A DNA stretch of 63,150 nt, the filler included, from Mobula hypostoma (Eukaryota): the NCBI RefSeq assembly GCF_963921235.1. It is 3 parts of 3 records of this genome, joined end to end, with 100 filler letters (N's around TTAATTAATTAA, not from the genome) between each part and the next. Parts side by side here need not be neighbours in the genome. Positions count along the whole stretch, not along the records: positions 44,585 to 63,150 come from NW_026948187.1; 2 more parts are not named here. One strand, given 5' to 3'. The notes below the pieces were generated by a model. It had not been told where the DNA came from and searched no databases. It saw only the letters and a program-made list of their open reading frames with translations. Within the stretch, counting starts at the first letter, position 1. Each line of letters opens with the position of its first letter. The position numbers and the translations under genes were made by a program. Below are positions 47,489-61,062 of this stretch, piece after piece.

Positions 47489-50400
47489 GTCCCTCAACAT
47501 CACCACTGTTCACGGTGTGTGTGTCCTACCCTCGTACACCGACGTCCCTCTGTCCCTCGACACTCCCCACCATTCACGGTGTGTGTGTCCTACCCTCATA
47601 CACCGAGGTCCCCCTGTCCCTTGACACTCCCCACCGTTCACGGTGTGTGTGTCCTACCCCCGGACACCGAGGTCCCCCTGTCCCTCGACACTCCCCACCG
47701 TTCACGGTATGCGTGTCCTACCCCCGGACACCGACGTCCCTCTGTCCCTCGACACTCCCCACCATTCACGGTGTGTGTTCTACCCCCGGACACCGAGGTC
47801 CCCCTGTCACTCAACATCCCCACCGTTCACGGTGTGTGTGTTCTACTCCCGGACACCGAGGTCCCCCTGTCCCTTGACACTCCCCACCGTTCACGGTATG
47901 TGTGTCCTAGCCCTGGACACCGAGGTCCCCCTGTCACTCAACATCCCCACCATTCACGGTATGCGTGTCCTACCCCCGGACACCGACGTCCCTCTGTCCC
48001 TCGACACTCCCCACCATTCACGGTGTGTGTTCTACCCCCGGACACCGAGGTCCCCCTGTCACTCAACATCCCCACCGTTCACGGTGTGTGTGTTCTACTC
48101 CCGGACACCGAGGTCCCCCTGTCCCTTGACACTCCCCACCGTTCACGGTATGTGTGTCCTAGCCCTGGACACCGAGGTCCCTCTGTCACTCAACATCCCC
48201 ACCATTCACGGTGTGTGTGTCCTACCCCCGGACACCGAGGTCCCTCTGTCCCTCGACACTCCCCACAGTTCACGGTATGTGTGTCCTACCCCCAGACACC
48301 GAGGTCCCCCTGTCACTCAACATCCCCACCATTCACGGTGTGTGTGTCCTACCCCCGGACCCAAAGGTCCCTCTGTCCCTCAACACTCTACACTGTTCAC
48401 GGTGTGTGTCCTACCCTCGTACACCTCGGCCACCCTGTCCCTCGACACTCCCCACCGTTCTCGGTGTGTGTCCTACCCTCGGACACCGAGGTCCCCCTGT
48501 CCCTCGACACTCCCCACCATTCACGGTGTGTGTGTCCTACCCCCGGACACCGAGGTCCCCCTGTCCCTCGACATCCCCACCATTCACGGTGTGTGTCCTA
48601 CCCTCGTACACCGAGGTCCCCCTGTCCCTCAACACTCCCCACCATTCACGGTGTGTGTGTCCTACCCCCGGACCCCAAGGTCCCTCTGTCCCTCGACACT
48701 CTCCACTGTTCACGGTGTGTGTCCTACCCTCGTACACCTCGGCCACCCTGTCCCTCGACACTCCCCACCATTCACGGTGTGTGTGTCCTACCCTCGTACA
48801 CCTAGGCCACCCTGTCCCTCGACACTCCCCACCGTTCACGGTGTGTGTGTCCTACCCTCGTACACCTAGGCCCCCCTGTCCCTCGACACTCCCCACCGTT
48901 CACGGTGTGTGTCCTACCCTCGTACACCGAGGTCCCCCTGTCACTCAACATCCCCACCATTCACGGTGTGTGTGTCCTACCCCCGGACACCGAGGTCCCC
49001 CTGTCCCTCGACACTCCCCACCATTCACGGTGTGTGTGTCCTACCCTCGTATACCGAGGCCTCCCTGTCCCTCGACATCCCCACCATTTACGATGTGTGT
49101 CCTACCCTCGTACACCTAGGTCACCCTGTCCCTCGACACTCCCCACCGTTCACGGTATGTGTGTCCTACCCCCGGACACCGAGGTCCCCCTGTCACTCAA
49201 CATCCCCACCATTCACGGTGTGTGTGTCCTACCCCCGGACACCGAGGTCCCCCTGTCACTCGACATCCCCACCATTCACGGTGTGTGTCCTACCCCCGGA
49301 CACCGAGGTCCCTCTGTCCCTCGACACTCCCCACAGTTCATGGTATGTGTGTTCTACCACCGGACACCGAGGTCCCCCTGTCACTCAACATCCCCACCAT
49401 TCACGGTGTGTGTCCTACCCCCGGACACCGAGGTCCCCCTGTCCCTCGACGCTCCCCACCATTCACGGTGTGTGTGTCCTACCCTCGTACACCTAGGCCC
49501 CCCTGTCCCTCGACACTCCCCACCGTTCACGGTGTGTGTCCTACCCTCGTACACCGAGGTCCCCCTGTCCCTCGACACTCCCCACCATTCACGGTGTGTG
49601 TGTCCTACCCTCGTATACCGAGGCCTCCCTGTCCCTCGACATCCCCACCATTCACGGTGTGTGTCCTACCCTCGTACACCTAGGTCCCCCTGTCCCTCGA
49701 CACTCCCCACCGTTCACGGTGTGTGTGTCCTACCCTCGTACACCTAGGCCCCCCTGTACCTCGACACTCCCCACCATTCACGGTATGTGTGTCCTACCCC
49801 CGGACACCGAGGTCCCCCTTTCACTCAACATCCCCACCATTCACGGTGTGTGTGTCCTACCCCCTTGACACCGAGGTCCCCCTGTCCCTCGACACTCCCC
49901 ACAGTTCACGGTATGTGTGTTCTACCCCCGGACACGGAGGTCCCCCTGTCACTCAACATCCCCACCATTCACGGTGTGTGTGTCCTACCCCCGGACACCT
50001 AGGCCCCCCTGTCCCTCGACACTCCCCGCCATTCACGGTGTGTGTGTCCTACCTTCGCACACCTAGGCCCCCCTGTCCCTCGACACTCCCCACCATTCAC
50101 GGTGTGTGTTCTACCCCCGGACACCGAGGTCCCCCTGTCCCTCGACACTCCCCACTGTTCACGGTATGTGTGTCCTACCCCCGGACACCGAGGTCCCCCT
50201 GTCACTCAACATCCCCACCATTCACGGTGTGTGTGTCCTACCCCCTTGACACCGAGGTCCCCCTGTCCCTCGACACTCCCCACAGTTCACGGTATGTGTG
50301 TCCTACCCCCGGACACCGACGTCCCCCTGTCACTGAACATCCCCACCATTCACGGTGTGTGTGTCCTACCCCCGGACACCGAGGTCCCCCTGTCCCTCGA

Positions 50401-53400
50401 CACTCCCCACCGTTCACGGTATGTGTGTCTTACCCCCGGACACCGACGTCCCCCTGTCACTCAACAGCCCCACCATTCACGGTGTGTGTGTCCTACCCCC
50501 GGACACCGAGGTCCCTCTGTCCCTCGACACTCCCCACCATTCACGGTATGTGTGTCCTACCCTCGTACACCGAGATCCCCCTGTCCCGCGACACTCTCCA
50601 CCGTTCACGGTGTGTGTGTCCTACCCTCGTACACCTGGCCTCCCCTGTCCCTCGACACTCCCCACCATTCACGGTGTGTGTGTCCTACCCTCGTACACCT
50701 AGGCCACCCTGGACCTCGACACTCCCTACCGTTCACGGTGTGTGTGTCCTACCCCCGGACACCGAGGTCCCCCTGTCCCTCGACACTCCCCACCGTTCAC
50801 GGTGTGTGTGTCCTACCCTCGTACACCGAGATCCCCCTGTCCCTCGACACTCCCCACCGTTCACGGTGTGTGTGTCCTACCCTCGTACACCGAGGTCCCC
50901 CTGTCACTCAACATCCCCACCATTCACGGTATGCGTGTCCTACCCCCGGACACCGACGTCCCTCTGTCCCTCGACACTCCCCACCATTCACGGTGTGTGT
51001 TCTACCCCCGGACACCGAGGTCCCCCTGTCACTCAACATCCCCACCGTTCACGGTGTGTGTGTTCTACTCCCGGACACCGAGGTCCCCCTGTCCCTTGAC
51101 ACTCCCCACCGTTCACGGTATGTGTGTCCTAGCCCTGGACACCGAGGTCCCCCTGTCACTCAACATCCCCACCATTCACGGTATGCGTGTCCTACCCCCG
51201 GACACCGACGTCCCTCTGTCCCTCGACACTCCCCACCATTCACGGTGTGTGTTCTACCCCCGGACACCGAGGTCCCCCTGTCACTCAACATCCCCACCGT
51301 TCACGGTGTGTGTGTTCTACTCCCGGACACCGAGGTCCCCCTGTCCCTTGACACTCCCCACCGTTCACGGTATGTGTGTCCTAGCCCTGGACACCGACGT
51401 CCCCCTGTCACTCAACATCCCCACCATTCACGGTGTGTGTGTCCTACCCCCGGACACCGAGGTCCCTCTGTCCCTCGACACTCCCCACAGTTCACGGTAT
51501 GTGTGTCCTACCCCCAGACACCGAGGTCCCCCTGTCACTCAACATCCCCACCATTCACGGTGTGTGTGTCCTACCCCCGGACCCAAAGGTCCCTCTGTCC
51601 CTCAACACTCTACACTGTTCACGGTGTGTGTCCTACCCTCGTACACCTCGGCCACCCTGTCCCTCGACACTCCCCACCGTTCACGGTGTGTGTCCTACCC
51701 ACGTACACCGAGGTCCCCCTGTCCCTCGACACTCCCCACCATTCACGGTGTGTGTGTCCTACCCCCGGACACCGAGGTCCCCCTGTCCCTCGACATCCCC
51801 ACCATTCACGGTGTGTGTCCTACCCTCGTACACCGAGGTCCCCCTGTCCCTCAACACTCCCCACCATTCACGGTGTGTGTGTCCTACCCCCGGACCCCAA
51901 GGTCCCTCTGTCCCTCGACACTCTCCACTGTTCACGGTGTGTGTCCTACCCTCGTACACCTCGGCCACCCTGTCCCTCGACACTCCCCACCATTCACGGT
52001 GTGTGTGTCCTACCCTCGTACACCTAGGCCACCCTGTCCCTCGACACTCCCCACCGTTCACGGTGTGTGTGTCCTACCCTCGTACACCTAGGCCCCCCTG
52101 TCCCTCGACACTCCCCACCGTTCACGGTGTGTGTCCTACCCTCGTACACCGAGGTCCCCCTGTCACTCAACATCCCCACCATTCACGGTGTGTGTGTCCT
52201 ACCCCCGGACACCGAGGTCCCCCTGTCCCTCGACACTCCCCACCATTCACGGTGTGTGTGTCCTACCCTCGTATACCGAGGCCTCCCTGTCCCTCGACAT
52301 CCCCACCATTTACGATGTGTGTCCTACCCTCGTACACCTAGGTCACCCTGTCCCTCGACACTCCCCACCGTTCACGGTATGTGTGTCCTACCCCCGGACA
52401 CCGAGGTCCCCCTGTCACTCAACATCCCCACCATTCACGGTGTGTGTGTCCTACCCCCGGACACCGAGGTCCCCCTGTCACTCGACATCCCCACCATTCA
52501 CGGTGTGTGTCCTACCCCCGGACACCGAGGTCCCTCTGTCCCTCGACACTCCCCACAGTTCATGGTATGTGTGTTCTACCACCGGACACCGAGGTCCCCC
52601 TGTCACTCAACATCCCCACCATTCACGGTGTGTGTCCTACCCCCGGACACCGAGGTCCCCCTGTCCCTCGACGCTCCCCACCATTCACGGTGTGTGTGTC
52701 CTACCCCCGTACACCTAGGTCCCCCTGTCCCTCGACGCTCCCCACCATTCATGGTGTGTGTGTCCTACCCTCGTACACCTAGGCCCCCCTGTCCCTCGAC
52801 ACTCCCCACCGTTCACGGTGTGTGTCCTACCCTCGTACACCGAGGTCCCCCTGTCCCTCGACACTCCCCACCATTCACGGTGTGTGTGTCCTACCCTCGT
52901 ATACCGAGGCCTCCCTGTCCCTCGACATCCCCACCATTCACGGTGTGTGTCCTACCCTCGTACACCTAGGTCCCCCTGTCCCTCGACACTCCCCACCGTT
53001 CACGGTGTGTGTGTCCTACCCTCGTACACCTAGGCCCCCCTGTACCTCGACACTCCCCACCATTCACGGTATGTGTGTCCTACCCCCGGACACCGAGGTC
53101 CCCCTTTCACTCAACATCCCCACCATTCACGGTGTGTGTGTCCTACCCCCTTGACACCGAGGTCCCCCTGTCCCTCGACACTCCCCACAGTTCACGGTAT
53201 GTGTGTTCTACCCCCGGACACGGAGGTCCCCCTGTCACTCAACATCCCCACCATTCACGGTGTGTGTGTCCTACCCCCGGACACCTAGGCCCCCCTGTCC
53301 CTCGACACTCCCCGCCATTCACGGTGTGTGTGTCCTACCTTCGCACACCTAGGCCCCCCTGTCCCTCGACACTCCCCACCATTCACGGTGTGTGTTCTAC

Positions 53401-56400
53401 CCCCGGACACCGAGGTCCCCCTGTCCCTCGACACTCCCCACTGTTCACGGTATGTGTGTCCTACCCCCGGACACCGAGGTCCCCCTGTCACTCAACATCC
53501 CCACCATTCACGGTGTGTGTGTCCTACCCCCTTGACACCGAGGTCCCCCTGTCCCTCGACACTCCCCACAGTTCACGGTATGTGTGTCCTACCCCCGGAC
53601 ACCGACGTCCCCCTGTCACTGAACATCCCCACCATTCACGGTGTGTGTGTCCTACCCCCGGACACCGAGGTCCCCCTGTCCCTCGACACTCCCCACCGTT
53701 CACGGTATGTGTGTCTTACCCCCGGACACCGACGTCCCCCTGTCACTCAACAGCCCCACCATTCACGGTGTGTGTGTCCTACCCCCGGACACCGAGGTCC
53801 CTCTGTCCCTCGACACTCCCCACCATTCACGGTATGTGTGTCCTACCCTCGTACACCGAGATCCCCCTGTCCCGCGACACTCTCCACCGTTCACGGTGTG
53901 TGTGTCCTACCCTCGTACACCTGGGCTCCCCTGTCCCTCGACACTCCCCACCATTCACGGTGTGTGTGTCCTACCCTCGTACACCTAGGCCACCCTGGAC
54001 CTCGACACTCCCTACCGTTCACGGTATGTGTGTCCGACCCTCGTACACTGAGATCCCCCTGTCCCTCGACACTCCCCACCGTTCACGGTGTGTGTGTCCT
54101 ACCCTCGTACACCTAGGCCCCCCTGTCCCTCGACACTCCCCACCCTTCACGGTGTGTGTCCTACCGCCGAACACCTAGGTCCCCCTGTCCCTCGACATCC
54201 CCACCATTCACGGTCTGTGTGTCCTACCCCCGGACACCGAGGTCCCCCTGTCCCTCGACACTCCCCACCGTTCACGGTATGTGTGTCCTACCCCCGAACA
54301 CCGAGGCCCCCCTGTCCCTCGACACTCCCCACCATTCACGGTGTGTGTCCTACCGCCGGACACCTAGGTCCCCCTGTCCCTCGACATCCCCACCATTCAC
54401 GGTCTGTGTGTCCTAACCCCGGACACCGAGGTCCCCCTGTCACTCAACATCCCCACCATTCACGGTGTGTGTGTCCTACCCTCGTACACAGAGGTCCCCC
54501 TGTCCCTCGACACTCCCCACCGTTCATGGTGTGTGCGTCCTACCCCCGGACACCTAGGCCCCCCTGTCCCTCGACACTCCCCACCATTCACGGTGTGTGT
54601 GTCCAACCCTCGTACACCTAGGCCCCACTGTCCCTCGACACTCCCCACCGTTCACGGTATGTGTGTCCTACCCCCGGACACCGAGGTCCCTCTGTCCCTC
54701 GACACTCCCCACCATTCACCGTGTGTGTGTCCTACCCCCGGACACCGAGGTCCCCCTGTCCCTCGACATCCCCACCATTCACGGTGTGTGTGTCCTACCC
54801 TGGTACACCTAGGCCCCCCTGTCCCTTGACACTCCCCACCGTTCACGGTGTGTGTGTCCTACCCTCGTACACCTAGGCCCCCCTGTACCTCGACACTCCC
54901 CACCATTCACGGTGTGTGTCCTACCCTCGTACACCTAGGTCCCCCTGTCCCTCGACATTCCCCACAGTTCACGGTGTGTGTGTCCTACCCCCGGACACCG
55001 AGGTCCCCCTGTCGCTCGACACTCCCCACCATTCACGGTGTGTGTGTTCTACCCCCGGACAACGGGGTGCCCCTGTCGCTCAACATCCCCACCATTCACG
55101 GTGTGTGTGTCCTACCCCCGGACACCGAGGCCCCCATGTTCCGCGACACTCCCCACCGTTCACGATGTGTGTGTCCTACCCTCGTACACCTAGGCCCCCC
55201 TGTCCCGCGACACTCCCCACCGTTCACGGTATGTGTGTCCTACCCTCGTACACCTAGGTCCCCCTGTCCCTCGACACTCCCCACAGTTCACGGTGTGTGT
55301 GTCCTACCCCCGGACACCGAGGTCCCCCTGTCGCTCGACACTCCCCACCATTCACGGTGTGTGTGTTCTACCCCCGGACAACGGGGTCCCCCTGTCGCTC
55401 AACATCCCCACCATTCACGGTGTGTGTGTCCTACCCCCGAACACCGAGGCCCCCCTGTCCCTCGACACTCCCCACCATTCACGGTGTGTGTCCTACCGCC
55501 GGACACCTAGGTCCCCCTGTCCCTCGACATCCCCACCATTCACGGTCTGTGTGTCCTACGCCCGGACACCAAGGTCCCCCTGTCCCTCGACATCCCCACC
55601 ATTCACGGTGTGTGTCTTACCCCCGGACACCGAGGTCCCCCTGTCCCTCGACACTCCCCACCGTTCACGGTATGTGTGTCCTACCCCCGGACACCGAGGT
55701 CCCCCTGTGCCTCGACACTCCCCACCGTTCACGGTTTGTGTGTCCTACCCTCGTACACCTAGGCCCCACAGTCCCTCGACACTCCCCACCGTTCACGGTA
55801 TGTGTGTCCTACCCCCGGACACCGAGGTCCCCCTGTGCCTCGACACTCCCCACCGTTCACGGTGTGTGTGTCCTACCCTCGTACACCTAGGCCCCTCTGT
55901 ACCTCGACACTCCCCACCATTCACGGTGTGTGTCCTACCGCCGGACACCTAGGTCCCCCTGTCCCTCGACACTCCCCACCATTCACGGTGTGTGTCCTAC
56001 CGCCGGACACCTAGGTCCCCCTGTCCCTCGACATCCCCACCATTCACGGTCTGTGTGTTCTACCCCCGGACACCAAGGTCCCCCTGTCCCTCGACATCCC
56101 CACCATTCACGGTGTGTGTCTTACCCCCGGACACCGAGGTCCCCCTGTCACTCAACATCCCCACCATTCACGGTGTGTGTGTCCTACCCCGGACACCGAG
56201 GTCCCCCTGTCACTCGACATCCCCACCATTCACGGTGTGTGTCCTACCCTCGTACACCTAGGTCCCCCTGTCCCTCGACACTCCCCACCGTTCACGGTGT
56301 GTGTGTCCTACCCTCGTACACCGATGTCCCCCTGTCCCTCGACACTCCCCACCATTCACCGTGTGTGTGTCCTACCCTCGTATACCGAGTCCCCCCTGTC

Positions 56401-57145
56401 CCTCGACACTCCCCACCATTCACGGTGTGTGTCCTACCGCCGGACCCCTCGGTCCCCCTGTCCCTCGAGATCCCCACCATTCACGGTGTGTGTGTCCTAC
56501 CCTCGTACACCTAGGCCCCCCTGTCCCTCGACACTCCCCACCGTTCACGGTATGTGTGTCCTACCCCCGGACACCGAGGTGCCCCAGTCCCTCGACATCC
56601 CCACCATTCACGGTGTGTGTGTCCTACCCTCGTACACCTAGGCCCCCCTGTCCCTCGACATCCCCACCATTCACGGTGTGTGTCCTACCGCCGGACACCT
56701 AGGTGCCCCTGTCCCTCGACATCCCCACCATTCATGGTGTGTGTGTCCTACCCTCGTACACCTAGGCCCCCCTGTCCCTCGACATCCCCACCATTCACGG
56801 TGTGTGTCCTACCGCCGGACACCTAGGTCCCCCTGTCCCTCGACGCTCCCGACCATTCACGGTGTGTGTCCTACCCTCGTACACCGAGATCCCCCTGTCC
56901 CACGACACTCCCCACCATTCACGGTATGTGTCCTACCCTCGTACACCGAGGTCCCCCTGTCACTCAACATCCCCGCCATTCACGGTATGTGTGTCCTACC
57001 CTCGAACACCGACGTCCCTCTGTCCCTCGACACTCCCCACCATTCACGGTGTGTGCGTCCTACCCCCGGACACCGAGGTCCCCCTCTCACTCGATTCTCC
57101 CCGCCATTCACGGTGTGTGTCCCTCTATCCTTCGACACTCCCCAG
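47489..57145 (+). repeat. ~9.6-kb satellite of 61-64-bp units (~150 copies)
   Basis: Consensus tcacggtgtgtgtgtcctacccccggacaccgaggtccccctgtccctcgacactccccacc(a/g)t; higher-order structure at 252 bp and 3222/3286 bp. Confidence 0.98.
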
Positions 57146-57356
57146 CGTCCACCACCCTTCTACCACCGCACCGTCAGTCCGTCCCCTGAAGTTTGGACAC
57201 CCGCGTGTCTGTCGAAGAGGCTCTCAAACGCCTCCATTTTGTATCTGCCTCTGTCGGAACCACTGGCAAGTTATTCCAGTCACCAACCGCTCTGTCTGTG
57301 TGAGGAACAATAAATGCTCCTGACAGCTCCTTCGTAATTACCCCTTCTCACAGTTA

Positions 57357-58017
57357 GGGCACCTTCTCCCAAGCTTATAGGGTGCTGGCTTTCATAAGTC
57401 GAGGGATAGAGTTTAAGAGTCGCGATATAACGATGCAGCTCTATAAAACTCTGGTTAGGCCACACTTGGAGTACTGGGTCCAGTTCCAGTCACCTCACTA
57501 TAGGAAGGATGTGGAAGCATTGGAAAGGGTACAGAGGAGATTTACCAGGATGCTGCCTGGTTTAGAGAGTATGCATTATGATCAGAGATTAAGGGAGCTA
57601 GGGCTTTACTCTTTGGAGAGAAGGAGGATGAGAGGAGACATGATAGAGGTGTACAAGATAATAAGAGGAATAGATAGAGTGGATAGCCAGCGGCTCTTCC
57701 CCAGGGCACCACTGCTCAATACAAGAGGACATGGCTTTAAGGTGAGGGGTGGAAAGTTCAAGGGGAAAGTTTTTTACTTTCAAGGTTCAAGGGGGATATT
57801 AGAGGAAGGTTTTTCACTCAGAGAGTGGTTGGTGCGTGGAATGCACTGCCTGAGTCAGTGGTGGAGGCAGATACACTAGTGAAGTTTAAGAGACTACTAG
57901 ACAGTTATATGGAGGAATTTAAGGTGGAGGCTTATATGAGAGGCAGGGTTTGAGGGTCGGCACAACATTGTGGGCCGAAGGGCCGGTACTGTGCTGTACT
58001 GTTCTATGTTCTATGTT
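57357..58017 (+). mobile_element. CR1 3' fragment (second subfamily)
   Basis: 165-aa [47 protein letters not shown]; ttctatgttctatgtt tail. Confidence 0.93.
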
Positions 58018-58027
58018 CAAAAGGATA

Positions 58028-58800
58028 AAGATGGCGGCTGTGTTCGTTTGTCATCCTATAAACCCCTGCCAGTTTCCCCTCCAGCCTTCTGGCGCGCCGG
58101 AGAGATCATCCCGAGGTTGTCCAACCCGTTCGCCTGCCCTCGCACCCTCTCTGAAGCCCTGCCAGGCTCCTTGGATAGACCTTGGAGGTTGCGTCCCGGC
58201 CCTGCTCGGTAACGACCAGTAGGCCAAGCTCTTGCCCACGCAGCACCCCGCCCTCCACGCATCTCTGAGGAGCCCAGAGGAACGGCCGAGACCCGACGCA
58301 GTTCGGCACCGGGAGTTGCCCGTCGGTGTAGGGACACCCAGCTCCGGATTTCCACCCCCGCCCCCACCGGGGGTTGACTCCGAAGCTCTTCCCTTGAGTG
58401 GGCCCAGCCGCGGGGCAGCGAGGGGGTTGGAGTTTTCCTTCCCCGAGACGAGCTGCCGACCGCGGCCGATGCGCGCCCCCTCCCCCCCCGGCAAATCTGA
58501 CAGGCTCCGTGGGGGGGGGGGGGGCGGGAACCCGCCTTCGCCCCCTCTCCCGTCAGTAGAAACGGGCCCTCTCCCCACCCCACCCCACCCCGGGCTCGGT
58601 AGCTGAGCCTGCGTGTCATGGGGCTGCCCCAGGCGCACGCCACTGGGAAGGTGAGAGGTGACCTGACTACAAGAGGGCAAGAGTCAAAGATCAGGTGGAC
58701 TATCATAGACTTTTTACCCCGCCCCCCACCCCACGGGGGTCGGAAATGGCGAATACGACGGGGGCATACTTTTTTTTTCTCTACGGGTCGGCTTTGGCTT
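58028..58800 (+). promoter_or_regulatory. GC/CpG-rich island, promoter-like (unassigned)
   Basis: YY1-type AAGATGGCGGC at 58028; GC boxes; GTC-ATG-G at 58618 gives MGLPQAHATGK, then GTGAGA at 58651. Could instead be a GC-rich TE. Confidence 0.4.
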
Positions 58801-58847
58801 GATTTTCCCGATTCTGTTCAGTGAAACTACACTGTACATACATTATT

Positions 58848-59328
58848 TCTATTCCTGGGATGGCAGGACTTTCATATGAAGAAAGACTGGATGAACTGGG
58901 CTTGTACTCGCTGGAATTTAGAAGATTGAGCGGGGATCTGATTGAAACGTATAAGATCCTAAAGGGATTGGACAGGCTAGATGCAGGAAGATTGTTCCCG
59001 ATGTTGGGGAAGTCCAGAACGAGGGGTCACATTTTGAGGATAAAGGGGAAGCCTTTTAGGACCGAGATTAGGAAAAACTTCTTCACACAGAGAGTGGTGA
59101 ATCTGTGGAATTCTCTGCCACAGCAAACTGTTGAGGCCAGTTCATTGGCTATATTTAAGAGGGAGTTAGATATGGCCCTTGTGGCTACGGGGGTCAGGGG
59201 GTATGGAGGGAAGGCTGGGGCGGGGTTCTGAGTTGGATGATCAGCCATGATCATAATAAATGGCGGTGCAGGCTCGAAGGGCCGAATGGCCTACTCCTGC
59301 ACCTATTTTCTATGTTTCTATGTTTCTA
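58848..59328 (+). mobile_element. Young CR1 3' fragment
   Basis: IPGMAGLSYEERLDELGLYSLEFRR..; (TTTCTATG)3 tail. Confidence 0.94.
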
Positions 59329-59329
59329 T

Positions 59330-59850
59330 ACTTCCAGGGTGATTGGAGGGAAGTGGATGTGCGGGGGAGGTTTTTTATTCCATGGAGAGTGGCGTTTGCT
59401 TGCAACCCTGAAATAGCATAGGTGTAATTCAATACAGACAAGTGCGAGGCGTTGTATTCCGGTCGGACCAACCAGGCTGACCAGTCGGGCACTGACGGAT
59501 GCGGTGGAGCAAAAGGTTCTGGAAACACCGGCCCCATAATTCCTTGAAAGTGGCGTCGCAGGTCGACAGGGCGGGAAACAGACCTTTCGGCACTTTGGCC
59601 GCCGTAAATGCAAGTACTGAGTGCAGGAGACGGGATGCGCTGTTGAAGTTGTAGAGGGTGTTGGCGAGGCCTCGTTTGGGGTATTGCCGGCAGCTTTGGT
59701 CACCTGCCCGCAGGACAGATGTAAACAAGGCCGAAAAAGTACAACGTACATCTCCGGAGGACCAGAGATGTAAGGAAATATTGAACAGGTTGCAACTGTA
59801 TTCCCTGGACCGCAGAACGTTGAGGAGAGATTTGATACATCCACAAAACT
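59330..59850 (+). mobile_element. Heavily diverged CR1 fragment
   Basis: FNTDKCEALY and LARPRLGYCRQLWSP..DVNKAEKVQR..LYSLDRRTLRRDL. Confidence 0.7.
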
Positions 59851-61062
59851 GCCTGGATTAGAGGGGGTTCAGAGGAGATTCACCAGGGTGCTGCCTAGAT
59901 TAGAGAGGGTGCAGAGGAGATTCACCAGGATGCTGTCTAGATTAGAGAGGGTGCAGAGGAGATTCACCAGGATGCTGCCTGGATTAGAGAGGGTGCAGAG
60001 GAGATTCACCAGGATGCTGTCTGGATCAGAGAAGGTGCAGAGGAGATTCGCCCGGATGCTGCCTGGATCAGAGAGGGTGCAGAGGAGATTCACCAGGATG
60101 CTGTCTGGATTAGAGAGGGTGCAGAGGAGATTCACCAGGATGCTGTCTGGATCAGAGAAGGTGCAGAGGAGATTCGCCCGGATGCTGCCTGTATCAGAGA
60201 GGGTGCAGAGGAGATTCACCGGGACGCTGCCTGGATTAGAGAGGGTGCAGAGGAGATTCCCCAGGGTGCTGCCTGGATTAGAGAGGGTGCAGAGGAGATT
60301 TACCAGGATGCTGCCTGGATTAGAGAGAGTGCAGAGGAGATTCACCAGGATGCTGCTGGATTAGAGAGGGTGCAGAGGAGATTCACCAGGATGCTGTCTG
60401 GATCAGAGAGGGTGCAGAGGAGATTCGCCCGGATGCTGCCTGGATCAGAGAGGGTGCAGAGGAGATTCACCAGGATGCTGTCTGGATTAGAGAGGGTGCA
60501 GAGGAGATTTACCAGGATGCTGCCTGGATTAGAGAGGGTGCAGAGGAGATTCACCAGGATGCTGTCTGGATCAGAGAGGGTGCAGAGGAGATTCGCCCGG
60601 ATGCTGCCTGGATCAGAGAGGGTGCAGAGGAGATTCACCAGGATGCTGTCTGGATTAGAGAGGGTGCAGAGGAGATTTACCAGGATGCTGCCTGGATTAG
60701 AGAGGGTGCAGAGGAGATTCACCAGGATGCTGCTGGATTAGAGAGGGTGCAGAGGAGATTCACCAGGATGCTGTCTGGATCAGAGAGGGTGCAGAGGAGA
60801 TTCACCCGGATGCTGCCTGGATCAGAGAGGGTGCTGAGGAGATTCACCGGGACGCTGCCTGGATTAGAGAGGGTGCAGAGGAGATTCACCAGGGTGCTGC
60901 CTGGATTAGCGAGGGTGCAGAGGAGATTCACCAGGATGCTGCCTGGATTAGAGAGGGTGCCGAGGAGATTCACCAGGATGCTGTCTGGATTAGAGAGGGT
61001 GCCGAGGAGATTCACCGGGATGCTGTCTGGATTAGAGAGGGTGCGGAGGAGATTTACCATCT
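59851..61062 (+). repeat. 29 x 42-bp minisatellite derived from CR1 ORF2
   Basis: Unit gcctggattagagagggtgcagaggagattcaccaggatgct encodes (P)GLERVQRRFTRML. 29x42 minus two 1-bp deletions and one 4-bp deletion equals 1212 bp. Confidence 0.97.

Noticed and set aside
47489-57145. CRISPR-like regular repeat
   Set aside because: No unique spacers, no cas genes, vertebrate context.
47402-57323. Dozens of long His/Cys/Pro-rich ORFs (up to 661 aa) in the satellite
   Set aside because: They arise from a C-rich monomer with few stops, are open in several frames at once, and frameshift with monomer length; not zinc-finger or keratin-associated genes.
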